A stretch of 62,044 nt of DNA, counting the filler. It is 3 parts of 3 records of this genome, joined end to end, with 100 filler letters (N's around TTAATTAATTAA, not from the genome) between each part and the next. Parts side by side here need not be neighbours in the genome. Positions count along the whole stretch, not along the records: positions 1 to 28,850 come from SRR20825006_1281; 2 more parts are not named here. One strand, 5' to 3'. Both the position numbers and the translations under genes were made by a program. The notes beneath the pieces were generated by a model, which was not told the DNA's origin, ran no database searches, and was given only the letters and a program-made list of their open reading frames with translations. This document shows, in pieces, positions 9,870 through 18,771 of the stretch. The stretch's first letter is position 1, and the number at the start of each line of letters is the position of its first letter.

Positions 9870-10756
9870 AGGCCTTCTTCGCCCTGATCCACCGCGAGTT
9901 CATCGAGCATCGCGGAGCGTTTTTCATCGCGCCGCTGGTGCTGGTGGGGGTGGTCTTTGCCCTGACCCTCCTGGCGTTCAGTGTCGACCGGCTCGACACG
10001 CGCTTTTCCGGTCAATTGCTGACCGTGGTGCCCACCTGGGTGTTTGAGGCCGGCTTTGCCGGTCTCTCGGGCGCCTGGCTGGCCTATCTGGGGTTCGTGC
10101 TGTTCTTTTATTGCGCCGATGGCTTTGCCGCCGACAAGCGCAACAATGCCATGCTGTTCTGGAAGTCGATGCCGGTCACCGACTTCAAGGTCCTGCTCAG
10201 CAAGATCACCGCTGCGCTGACTATCCTGCCCGGGGCCGTGTTTGTGGTGGCGCTGGTCAGCATCATGCTGATGTTTGGCGTGGCCTATGTCACCACCATG
10301 ATCGCGGGCCTGGGCAATGCCGGGCTGTTCGGCGCCATTGTGGGGATTTACGGCCAGATGGCGCTGGTGTTCCTGGTGCTGCTGGTCTGTGGGCTGTTGT
10401 GGTATCTGCCCTATATGGCGATGGTCGGCGCCCTGGGCAGCGTCGTGGGCCGCTGGGCCATACCCCTCTCATTGCTGCTGCCTACGGTGGTTTCGGCGCT
10501 GGAATGGGTAACCCTGGGGGGCCTGCATCCCTTTGCCACCCGCACCTGGGCCTATCTCGACTACCGCTCGCAATTGCCGGTGTCCACCGACCATCTCGAC
10601 CGGGTTTTCGAGGGCCAGGAGCCGTTCGATGCCACGCTGTTCGTCACGGATTTCCTGCAGAAGTTCGACTGGCTGCAGGTCGGTATCGGCATCGTGTTTG
10701 CCGTAGTCGCGCTCTATATCGCCTCGGAATATCGCCGCCGGGCGGCCGCCAACTAA
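9866..10756 (+). CDS. ABC-2 exporter permease
   Basis: Multi-TM protein with FWKSMPV...LSK motif, coupled to the ATPase. Confidence 0.85.
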   Translation: MKAFFALIHREFIEHRGAFFIAPLVLVGVVFALTLLAFSVDRLDTRFSGQLLTVVPTWVFEAGFAGLSGAWLAYLGFVLFFYCADGFAADKRNNAMLFWKSMPVTDFKVLLSKITAALTILPGAVFVVALVSIMLMFGVAYVTTMIAGLGNAGLFGAIVGIYGQMALVFLVLLVCGLLWYLPYMAMVGALGSVVGRWAIPLSLLLPTVVSALEWVTLGGLHPFATRTWAYLDYRSQLPVSTDHLDRVFEGQEPFDATLFVTDFLQKFDWLQVGIGIVFAVVALYIASEYRRRAAAN

Positions 10757-10793
10757 AGTCCGTCAAGAAGACGATCCCATGCAAAAACCTTGG

Positions 10794-10824
10794 CCGCCGC
10801 GCTCCGCAAAGGAGGCGGCGGTTT
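10794..10824 (+). terminator. Probable intrinsic terminator
   Basis: CCGCCGC-GCTCC-GCAAA-GGAG-GCGGCGG stem followed by TTTT after the permease. Confidence 0.55.
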
Positions 10825-10878
10825 TCTCTTGTGCGGCGCCATGCTAGATGCGCGCGACCCGAATGAGTTGAGCCCCGC

Positions 10879-11688
10879 ATGACCCTGCCCCCGATCATCA
10901 GCTTCTGGCATGGCCCGCTGAGCTGGCTGGAGGTGTTGTGCATCACCGCCTTTGTCCGGCACGGCCATCCGGTGCTGGTACATTCCTATGACCCCATAGA
11001 GAACCTGCCGGCCGGGGCCGAATGGCGCGATGCGGCCGCATTGCTGCCGCGCGAGAAGCTGGTGTTCTACAAGGGCAAGGGCACGCCGGGGGTGTTCTCG
11101 GACCATTTCCGCTATGCCGTGATGCGCGCCGGGCTGGGGGTCTATGCTGATCTCGACATCTATTGCGTGCGGCCCATTGAAGGGCCGCCGGATTATCTGT
11201 TCGCCTGGGAGCGGCCCGGCTCGGTCAATGGCGCGGTGCTGCATATACCCGCGGATGCGCCGCTGCTGGCCGATCTGCTGAGCATTTTCGAAACCAGTAA
11301 GCGCCCGCTTTTCGAGCCGCATCTGCCACCAATGCGGCGCCTCGAAGTGGCGTTCCGTCGCCTGGTCGGGGACCGGGTTTCGCCCGAGCATATGCAATAT
11401 GGTGCCACCGGCCCGATGGCGCTGACCCATTATGTCGCCCGGCACGGCCTGACCGACAGAGTGCGCTCAGCGGCGACATTCTATTCCGTGCCCTATGAGG
11501 GCATTCCGGCCCTGATGCAGACCGGCTCCAGCCTGGACGCGGCCATAACGCCTGAAACCCTGGGCATTCATCTCTGGCGCAGCCAGTTGACCGATCGCGG
11601 CCGCGCCGGCCTGCCCCTGCCCGCCGCAGGCAGTGCGCTCGCTCGGCTCTGCGCTGCCGAAGGGCTCGATCCGGCCGACGTGCGCTAA
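10879..11688 (+). CDS. DXD glycosyltransferase (GT32/capsule-synthesis-like)
   Basis: SFWHG, FSDHFRY, GVYADLDIYC, TGP, IHLW motifs. Confidence 0.8.
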   Translation: MTLPPIISFWHGPLSWLEVLCITAFVRHGHPVLVHSYDPIENLPAGAEWRDAAALLPREKLVFYKGKGTPGVFSDHFRYAVMRAGLGVYADLDIYCVRPIEGPPDYLFAWERPGSVNGAVLHIPADAPLLADLLSIFETSKRPLFEPHLPPMRRLEVAFRRLVGDRVSPEHMQYGATGPMALTHYVARHGLTDRVRSAATFYSVPYEGIPALMQTGSSLDAAITPETLGIHLWRSQLTDRGRAGLPLPAAGSALARLCAAEGLDPADVR

Positions 11689-12557
11689 CGCGCCAGCCGC
11701 AGCTTTTTCAGCCACCAGCGCTTCCAGCGATGCCGGGCGAAGCGATGGAACAGTTCGTTTTTCATCGTGTGGCGATAGAGCCGCGGGAAAGCCACGGTTG
11801 GCACCTTGGTCGACAAAATGCCCCAGGGCTTGTTGTCCCCGGTATAGTGGATGATCGCAGGGTCCAGGCTTTCATGTGGCGGCTTGGGATCAATCAGATT
11901 CCAGCGCCAGGGCAGTTTCAACCAATTCCGCCTGAAGATCAGATTGAGCAGGTCCTGATCGTAGTAGATGCGCTGCATGACGCCATCGGCATAGGCCTTT
12001 TCCATCTGGCCCAGCACATCTGCAGCCCGCCATTTGACGACATCGATCAGGATCATGCCCGCATTGAAATAATAGTCGCCCGGATCGAAGATATCGCGAT
12101 TGGCATTGACGTCCCGGCCATTGGTAATCTGGGCGCCGATTGTGTCTCGCACCGCCGCAATGGCGTTGCCTTCAAGGTGGAGATCGAACAGCCAGGCCAC
12201 ATCGTCACGCACCAGCATGTCGCAATCAAGATAGAGAATGCGCTCAACATCCTCGTCCACCAGCCGGTCGATCATCAGCCGAGCATAGACAATATTGGAA
12301 AGCCGCCGGTTCACAGGCATGCGCGCGGCGATATCCCCGAACATCTCGGACTGGTCGAGATCATACCATTTGAGCGTGACCGGAAACTCATCCCGGATCG
12401 CCTCGAGATCGGCCTTGTGCGCGGGGGTCAGCGTGCGGTGGCAGAGGTGAAACACCAGCTCTTCGCGCTTGGGGGTGAACAGGCAGACCGAGCGCATGGT
12501 GGCAAAGGCCGGCGCCCAGAAATTGTCGTCAAAGGTCAGGGCAATATGCATGCTCAT
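11685..12557 (-). CDS. GT8-family glycosyltransferase (LPS glucosyl/galactosyltransferase-like)
   Basis: YARL, ILYLDCD, YFNAGMILID, DQDLLN, IIHYTGDNKPW. Confidence 0.92.
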   Translation of the reverse strand: MSMHIALTFDDNFWAPAFATMRSVCLFTPKREELVFHLCHRTLTPAHKADLEAIRDEFPVTLKWYDLDQSEMFGDIAARMPVNRRLSNIVYARLMIDRLVDEDVERILYLDCDMLVRDDVAWLFDLHLEGNAIAAVRDTIGAQITNGRDVNANRDIFDPGDYYFNAGMILIDVVKWRAADVLGQMEKAYADGVMQRIYYDQDLLNLIFRRNWLKLPWRWNLIDPKPPHESLDPAIIHYTGDNKPWGILSTKVPTVAFPRLYRHTMKNELFHRFARHRWKRWWLKKLRLAR

Positions 12558-12817
12558 CTATCGGGTCCCGCTGCGCTCAGTCATGCCCCCCGGGGCCGGA
12601 TCGGCCCGCTTTTCCATGTCCGTGATCCCTCGTCAACCGGCAAGTGGCCGCGGCCACGGGAGGAGCAGGAGAGCTTGAGGTGCCGATGCGCAATTTGGCT
12701 GGCATATGGCGGGTCATCGCTGGTCCGTGACGGGGCCTCTAGTGGGCCCGCCGCGTATTGTCGTTGCGCTTGTCGGCGAGCGCAACGAGGGTTTGAACGA
12801 GCCGATCTGCGGCTGTC

Positions 12818-13678
12818 TCACTGATCAAAAAAGCCCTTGGGGGTCTCGCCGTTCAGGAACGGCTCGATGAAGCTCATCAGCAGGTCGGTCTGGGTGATGA
12901 TCGCGGTATGCGATGTGGCCGGCAGCACCGCAAGCCGGGACTCGGGCAGGGGCACGCCCATGTCGCCCATGACACCGCCGCCGAGCAGCTGGAGCAGCGC
13001 GACCGAGTGCTCCAGGGTGGTCGTGTCGGCATCTCCGGTAATCACAAGGACCGGGACGTCGAGCGCGGCCACGCCTTCGGTCCAGTCGAAGGTCTCGTGC
13101 TCGAGCGCGATCATCCTGTCGATAAAGGCCGCGTACCCGTCCGGATCGGGGGCAAGCGCCTGCCACTGCTCTTCGAAGGGGGCGAACAGTTCCGGCGTCA
13201 TCTGCGGCAGTGTTTCCAGATAAGTCGGATGCAAGCCGTCGTGAGCATACAGGACCGAAGCGGCGACCAGGTGTTCGAGCTTGTCGGGATAACGAATGGC
13301 CAGTTGCAGACCGACGCCCGCACCCATCGAATAGCCGAACACATCTGCCTTTTCGAGACCGACCTCGTCCATGAAGAGCGCCACGTCCTCGGCCATGTTC
13401 TCGTAGGTAATCGGCCGGTCGATATCGTTGGTCCGGCCGTGGCCCTGGAATTCAAGCGCATAGACGGTGTGCTTTTCGGCGAGCAGCGGAATGATCTCGC
13501 CCATGGTGATGATATTCATGTGCGCGCCGGGCAGGACGACAATCGGGTCTCCCTGGCCCGAGACTTCGTAGTACATCCGCATGCCGTTGACGTCAGCATA
13601 GCCGCCTGCGGGTTCGGACTGAGCATAGGCCGGCGCCGCAAGGACGAAGGCAGCAAGGATTGTGGCAGTTCGAAACAT
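12818..13678 (-). CDS. Secreted alpha/beta hydrolase
   Basis: Signal peptide, QGHGRT, GYSMG nucleophile elbow, C-terminal His (TSH). Confidence 0.88.
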   Translation of the reverse strand: MFRTATILAAFVLAAPAYAQSEPAGGYADVNGMRMYYEVSGQGDPIVVLPGAHMNIITMGEIIPLLAEKHTVYALEFQGHGRTNDIDRPITYENMAEDVALFMDEVGLEKADVFGYSMGAGVGLQLAIRYPDKLEHLVAASVLYAHDGLHPTYLETLPQMTPELFAPFEEQWQALAPDPDGYAAFIDRMIALEHETFDWTEGVAALDVPVLVITGDADTTTLEHSVALLQLLGGGVMGDMGVPLPESRLAVLPATSHTAIITQTDLLMSFIEPFLNGETPKGFFDQ

Positions 13679-13786
13679 GATTCAGTGCTTTCTTTTGAAG
13701 GTGATTTCAGGCGTTCGAACTGGGGCGTTTCGCCCCAGATTCTCTGACGCCGTTCCGGTTGAAATGGCGAGGTGCAAGCACCGCGA

Positions 13787-14338
13787 CTAGCCGCGCAGAG
13801 CGTAGGTCGCGACCAGATTGCCCTTGCTGGTGGCGGTGCTCGAAACCAGGGCGATACGCGTGACCGGGTCGTCGGGTGCGAACAAGTGCCGCCGCGTCTC
13901 ACCGGCCACCACCGGATGCGTGATCAGACTGAGTTCATCGATCATGCCGGCCAGGAACATCGAGCGCACAATCTCGATGCCGCCCATCACTGCAATTTCC
14001 TTGCCCTCGGTCTGTTTGAGCTCGCGCACAAAATTGACGACGTCGCCCTCGATCACCCGCGCATTGTTCCAGGGAAGAGGCCCGGTCAGTGTGCGCGATG
14101 CGACATGTTTGGGGACGGCGTTGATGAAGTCGGCAAACCCGCCGTCTGCGGTGGCGCTGGGCCAGTAGCCGGCCCAATCCTGGTAGCCCTTGCGGCCAAG
14201 GATCACCGTATCGACGCGGGCCATGACCCCGCCAAGCATTTCGCCCAGCTCGTCGTCGAACTGGTCGAACTGCCACTGATCGGGTGCCTCGACGACGCCG
14301 TCGACGGAATGAAAGAGGCCTGCTGTAACTTTGCGCAT
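13787..14338 (-). CDS. Dihydrofolate reductase/RibD C-terminal family protein
   Basis: SVDGVV, ILGRKGY, KHVASRTL, GGIE, IDEL..HPVVAG. Confidence 0.88.
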   Translation of the reverse strand: MRKVTAGLFHSVDGVVEAPDQWQFDQFDDELGEMLGGVMARVDTVILGRKGYQDWAGYWPSATADGGFADFINAVPKHVASRTLTGPLPWNNARVIEGDVVNFVRELKQTEGKEIAVMGGIEIVRSMFLAGMIDELSLITHPVVAGETRRHLFAPDDPVTRIALVSSTATSKGNLVATYALRG

Positions 14339-14593
14339 TTGATATGCTCCTTATGGATGCGGTCGGGGCCAACCCCCGCCGGACTTGGGGACGACGAGCC
14401 GGGCGAAACAAATTCGCCAAATTGGCCGCAGATTTTTTTGAGCAGGTCTTTGACTAGGAATCCGCCGGCGCCGAAATCGCCGAATTCTCCTTGCGTGACA
14501 TGATTTTCACCCCCCTGTTGCGGCGCGATCGCGCCGTTTCGCCGACCTGCTGTCTGGCCCGTGGCAATCTGAAGAGAGGCGATAGTGGGCTCA

Positions 14594-14610
14594 ATTACCT
14601 GCGAGGTAGG
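14594..14610. promoter_or_regulatory. TACC-N5-GGTA palindrome, copy 1
   Basis: ATTACCTGCGAGGTAGG in the intergenic region upstream of the XRE-LuxR gene. Confidence 0.6.
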
Positions 14611-14881
14611 CAGACTGGCTCCCCACCCACTCGGATGCTGCTTGCCTGTCCGCTACGGCGGTGAACCCGTTGCTTCGTCGTCGCATATGCGCCACGCCGC
14701 CAATTGCATTTCAAAAATGAAAAGCGTGTTTTGGTGAGCGAGATTGAGCCGGACCCGGCGCACATGCATATTGATCCGATGGCGCCGGACAGCTTGCGGC
14801 TGCATCAGGGCGCGGACGATCATAATAATGCGGGGGTGGCTGTCGAAGAGCGACGGCGAATGCCCTTGGAATCGAGGGCCG

Positions 14882-15889
14882 ATGCGGGTCGGGACAGAAG
14901 GTGCGCAATCGTTCGGTGAGGCGTTGGCGTCGGCCCGGCGGTGTCGCCAGTACTCGCAATTCCGGCTGTCGCAAATCGCCGACGTGTCGGCCAGGCATTT
15001 GAGTTTTCTCGAGACCGGAAGGGCATTTCCCAGCCGCAAGATGGTGTTGCGGTTATCTGCCGCCCTGGGTCTGGGAGAACCGGAGGTCTGTGCGCTGCTG
15101 CAAGCCGCCGGCTATGCGACGGAGGAGCCGGTCCCGGCGGCCCGATCGCATGTGCCCAGCCTGGCCTCGGTTGACATGGACACCCTCTACGCGATCGAGG
15201 ATGCGGATGAACTGGAGAGCGCTATCGCCCTGGCCGCGGCGGCACTCGGGCGGCTGGGCATGTCACAGTTCTTTCTGGGCACCATGTCTTTGCGCAGCAC
15301 GAGCCTGGCCGCGTCGATACGGCACCACGATCTCTCCCATGCGCCGCTGGGGTGGATGGCCCACTATCAAGAGCAAGGCTATGGCGCGATCGATCCCCTG
15401 CTCGTTGCCACGGCCAGCCAGCACCTGCCATTTTATTGGTCCGAGGTGTTTTCGCCTCGCCTGATGGGGGACCCCACCGTCAACCGAATGGTTCGAGAGG
15501 CGGCAGACTTCGGCATCACCAATGGCTATGTCGCATCCATCCGCCGGCCTGACGGTCGCGTTCATGCGATCTCGTGCATGGCGGACCGGCTTAGTCCCGA
15601 GGATCCCGCTGCGCGGTGCGCGGCCCGGGCGGTCAGCACGGCATTGCTGCACAAGGCCGATGAGTGCGGAATGCCAGAGCGCCGCCTGAACCTGCGGCTC
15701 GATGCAAGGCACGCCTCAATCCTGCAATACGTCTTGAATGGCGTAGGCTCGGAGACTACGGCTCCGCGCCTTGGATTGTCCGACACCGAGTGGTCCTCGG
15801 AGGTCTCCCGGCTCTGCCGGCTGTTCGGCACCAGCGACATTCTGGACGCAGCATTGCGGGCGCGACGTTATGATCTGGTCCAGATCTGA
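14882..15889 (+). CDS. Hybrid regulator: XRE HTH + LuxR autoinducer-binding domain + degenerate LuxR HTH
   Basis: VSARHLSFLETGR (XRE); WMAHY...IDP...PFYW...FGITNG (autoinducer domain); C-terminal LuxR-like remnant. Confidence 0.8.
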   Translation: MRVGTEGAQSFGEALASARRCRQYSQFRLSQIADVSARHLSFLETGRAFPSRKMVLRLSAALGLGEPEVCALLQAAGYATEEPVPAARSHVPSLASVDMDTLYAIEDADELESAIALAAAALGRLGMSQFFLGTMSLRSTSLAASIRHHDLSHAPLGWMAHYQEQGYGAIDPLLVATASQHLPFYWSEVFSPRLMGDPTVNRMVREAADFGITNGYVASIRRPDGRVHAISCMADRLSPEDPAARCAARAVSTALLHKADECGMPERRLNLRLDARHASILQYVLNGVGSETTAPRLGLSDTEWSSEVSRLCRLFGTSDILDAALRARRYDLVQI

Positions 15890-15976
15890 TCGGCTCTGGC
15901 GGAGGCGCTCATCGTCGGAGGTCTCCCCAGACCAATTTTGCGTCCTCTGTTTCATGCACCGCGCGCAACGATCGCC

Positions 15977-15993
15977 ATTACCCGCAAGGTAAT
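15977..15993. promoter_or_regulatory. TACC-N5-GGTA palindrome, copy 2
   Basis: ATTACC-CGCAA-GGTAAT perfect inverted repeat about 60 bp upstream of 16052. Confidence 0.72.
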
Positions 15994-16051
15994 CGCCTTG
16001 CCTCCCCGCCTGGCGCCATAAGTCTCCATCATCACTATCCGGAGACGATCC

Positions 16052-16423
16052 ATGACAATCAGAACTATTCTTGCAATCGACGCCGCCACCTGCGCCGTGA
16101 TGGGTGTTGGGCTTGTCGCAGCCGCCCATGGCCTGGCCGGTTTGCTCGGACTGCCGCAGGGCCTGTTGTTTGCCGCCGGCTGGCTTCTGCTTCCCATAGC
16201 CATCTTCATGGCCTTGCTGGCCTGGCAGACACAGCCCTGGCGTGCCGGCATATGGGTGATCGTTCTGGGCAATCTCGCCTGGGTCGTGGCAAGCATTGCG
16301 GTGCTGTTATTCACGACTCCAAACGCCCTGGGTGCAGGCTTTCTGGCCATACAGGCACTGGTGGTTGCCCTGCTCGCGCTGGCCGAGGCCAGGGCCGTGC
16401 GCACCCGTCCCCGCCTGGCCTGA
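16052..16423 (+). CDS. Small multi-pass membrane protein
   Basis: GGAG RBS, about four hydrophobic helices, VLGNLAWVVAS motif. Confidence 0.75.
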   Translation: MTIRTILAIDAATCAVMGVGLVAAAHGLAGLLGLPQGLLFAAGWLLLPIAIFMALLAWQTQPWRAGIWVIVLGNLAWVVASIAVLLFTTPNALGAGFLAIQALVVALLALAEARAVRTRPRLA

Positions 16424-16432
16424 GGACACGCC

Positions 16433-16978
16433 ATGACAATGGAAATCAACCGCCGTGCCCTGCTGTTGGCCGGGCTTGCCCTGCTGGCCGTTCAACCAGC
16501 CCTGGCACAATCCGAACAATCCCCCACCCCTGGAGCGCAATCCATGAAAGTCCGCGATCTCTATCCGCTGATCACCACCCCCAATCTTGGCGAAGTGCGG
16601 GACTTTTATCGCGCGCATTTCGACTTTGACGTCGCGTTCGAAGCCAGTTGGTTCCTCTATCTGGTCGGACCAGGGGAAGACGGGACGCGGGGGGCAACGC
16701 TGGCCTATATGCACCCTGACCATCCCTCGAACCCGCCCGGTCCGGAGACATTCAACGGCCTGGGCATGATCCTGACCGTGGAAGTCAGCGATGCAGCCTC
16801 GGTGTTCGAGCGCGTAAGCGCCGGCGGCGCCCCGATTGTGCATGCGCTGGCTGACGAGGAATGGGGACAGCGCCGGTTCATGACCCGCGATCCCGCTGGC
16901 GTGCTGGTCGATGTTGTCGAGCAGATTGCGCCCAAGGACGGGTTCTGGGACCAGTATATGGTCGGCAATTCGCATTAG
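16433..16978 (+). CDS. VOC/glyoxalase-family protein with Tat-like signal peptide
   Basis: NRRALL signal; FY..HFDF, EWGQRRFMTRDPAGVLVDV. Confidence 0.85.
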   Translation: MTMEINRRALLLAGLALLAVQPALAQSEQSPTPGAQSMKVRDLYPLITTPNLGEVRDFYRAHFDFDVAFEASWFLYLVGPGEDGTRGATLAYMHPDHPSNPPGPETFNGLGMILTVEVSDAASVFERVSAGGAPIVHALADEEWGQRRFMTRDPAGVLVDVVEQIAPKDGFWDQYMVGNSH

Positions 16979-17040
16979 TGTGGTTTCGGGCGCCTGGACC
17001 TTGCGGTTTTAGCGCCCGAACGCAGGAGCGCGCAGGTGAC

Positions 17041-17838
17041 ATGACACAGTCCGTAGCCAACAGCATAGGCGAACATTTGCGGTCCTGGCGCGAACGGCAT
17101 CGCCTCAGCCAACTCCATTGCGCGCTGGAGGCCAATATCTCACAGCGGCATCTGAGCTTTCTTGAAACGGGGCGCTCACGACCAAGCCGGGACATGGTCA
17201 TCCATTTGGCGACCCGGCTGAACGTCCCCCTGCGGGACCGCAACGCAGCCCTGCTGGCGGCAGGCTTTGCGCCGGCCTATTCCGAGCGAGACCTCAGCGA
17301 TCCGGAAATGGCGGCAGCGCACACGGCCCTGCGGATGATCTTGAAGGGGCATGAACCTTTTCCAGCCCTCGCGATCGACCGGCACTGGCATTTGATCGAA
17401 GCGAACGCGGCCATCGACCCGCTGCTGGCTGGCGTGCAGCCGGACCTGCTCGTCCCGCCTGTCAATGTGTTGCGGCTCAGCCTGCATCCCGCTGGCCTGG
17501 CCCCGCGCATAGAAAATCTCAGCGAATGGCGCATGCACCTTCTGCAGCGGCTGGATCGGCAGATTGGCACGACCCGCGACGATGTTCTTGTCCGGCTGCG
17601 GGCAGAACTGGTGGGCTATGCAGGGGATCAAAGCGCAAGCGATGCCAGAACGCATGACAGCCGCGCAAGCGTGGCTGTTCCCTTGCGACTGCACACGACG
17701 GATGGCACGCTGTCATTCATCTCGACGACGACCGTTTTCGGCACACCCAGGGATGTGCTGCTGTCCGAGCTGGCCATAGAAGCATTCTTTCCGGCGGATC
17801 CGGAAACCGCAGGCATGCTGGCCAATGCCCGGCATTAG
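17041..17838 (+). CDS. MmyB-like XRE regulator with ligand-binding domain
   Basis: ISQRHLSFLETGRSRPS; HEPFPALAIDRHW...N; LAIEAFFPAD. Confidence 0.9.
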   Translation: MTQSVANSIGEHLRSWRERHRLSQLHCALEANISQRHLSFLETGRSRPSRDMVIHLATRLNVPLRDRNAALLAAGFAPAYSERDLSDPEMAAAHTALRMILKGHEPFPALAIDRHWHLIEANAAIDPLLAGVQPDLLVPPVNVLRLSLHPAGLAPRIENLSEWRMHLLQRLDRQIGTTRDDVLVRLRAELVGYAGDQSASDARTHDSRASVAVPLRLHTTDGTLSFISTTTVFGTPRDVLLSELAIEAFFPADPETAGMLANARH

Positions 17839-17929
17839 CCGGCCGTTATCCCGCACTGTCGCAGCCAATCCGCGGCCGCGCATGCGCCAGGCGACCAAGA
17901 CCCGCGTCGTGACGAAATCCAACCGGCTC

Positions 17930-17946
17930 CCTACCTTGCAGGTAAT
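17930..17946. promoter_or_regulatory. TACC-N5-GGTA palindrome, copy 3
   Basis: CCTACC-TTGCA-GGTAAT about 80 bp upstream of the cupin gene. Confidence 0.68.
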
Positions 17947-18026
17947 CGACAGCCCCTTCACACGCGTCACAGTGCCAGCTGGTAAAGCTCTATCCGCCAT
18001 TCGCACAATAGATTGTCAGGCCAAGC

Positions 18027-18356
18027 ATGACTGCAACAACGCACTTTGATCCGAACGTCTGGCACGCGGAATGGGAGGGTCTGGCCTCCGGATCCGGTGT
18101 GTCGCTGATTTTCGTGGCAACGGATGAGGCTGGATATGGCCCCAGACTGCATCGACATCCCTATCCGGAGACTTTCATCATCCAGTCGGGTCGAGCCATG
18201 TTCTATCTCGACGGAAATGAGTTCGTCTCCGTTGCCGGCGACCTCGTGGTGGTTCCCGCCGGGGCGGCGCACAAATTCGAAAACCTCGGCCCCGCACGCT
18301 TGCAGATGACCAACATACATGCGAGCCCCAGCTTCATCACGGAATGGCTGTCCTAG
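18027..18356 (+). CDS. Cupin-domain protein
   Basis: GPRLHRHPYPETF and VVVPAGAAHKFEN cupin motifs. Confidence 0.88.
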   Translation: MTATTHFDPNVWHAEWEGLASGSGVSLIFVATDEAGYGPRLHRHPYPETFIIQSGRAMFYLDGNEFVSVAGDLVVVPAGAAHKFENLGPARLQMTNIHASPSFITEWLS

Positions 18357-18564
18357 CGGCCCGGCCGCTGCAAGGCGCACGGGCCCGCCCGCAAGCGTAA
18401 CGCCAGGGCCGCAGCGTCAGCGTCGGCACATTTCATAATTCCTTGTTGCGCACGTGATGCGCCAAAGACGTTTGCGACGCGCGCGCCGAGCCGCGATGGC
18501 AGCCGATTTCACCCCATGAAAGCTGATGCACCGTGTCCGAGCCGGACTCTTGCACGGCTGTGCA

Positions 18565-18593
18565 ATGTCACTGGTCTGTCGCAGAACCTTCAA
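18565..18593 (+). promoter_or_regulatory. Putative Pho box
   Basis: ATGTCAC-N4-CTGTCGC-N4-CCTTCAA, 11 bp period, upstream of ugpB. Confidence 0.5.
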
Positions 18594-18771
18594 CCGAGCG
18601 ACAAGCAAGACCAATAGAGGGTGTGTGCAGGTCGCGGCCCGGAACGGGCAGGCGAGTTGTGCGCCCGATGTTTCGGATGAGTTCAGTTCCGTCCCGGCGC
18701 TCACACACAAGACAGGTCTGGCTGGAGCCGGGCAGCCGCGATGGCATGTGCCGGCCCATTGGGAGACAAAC

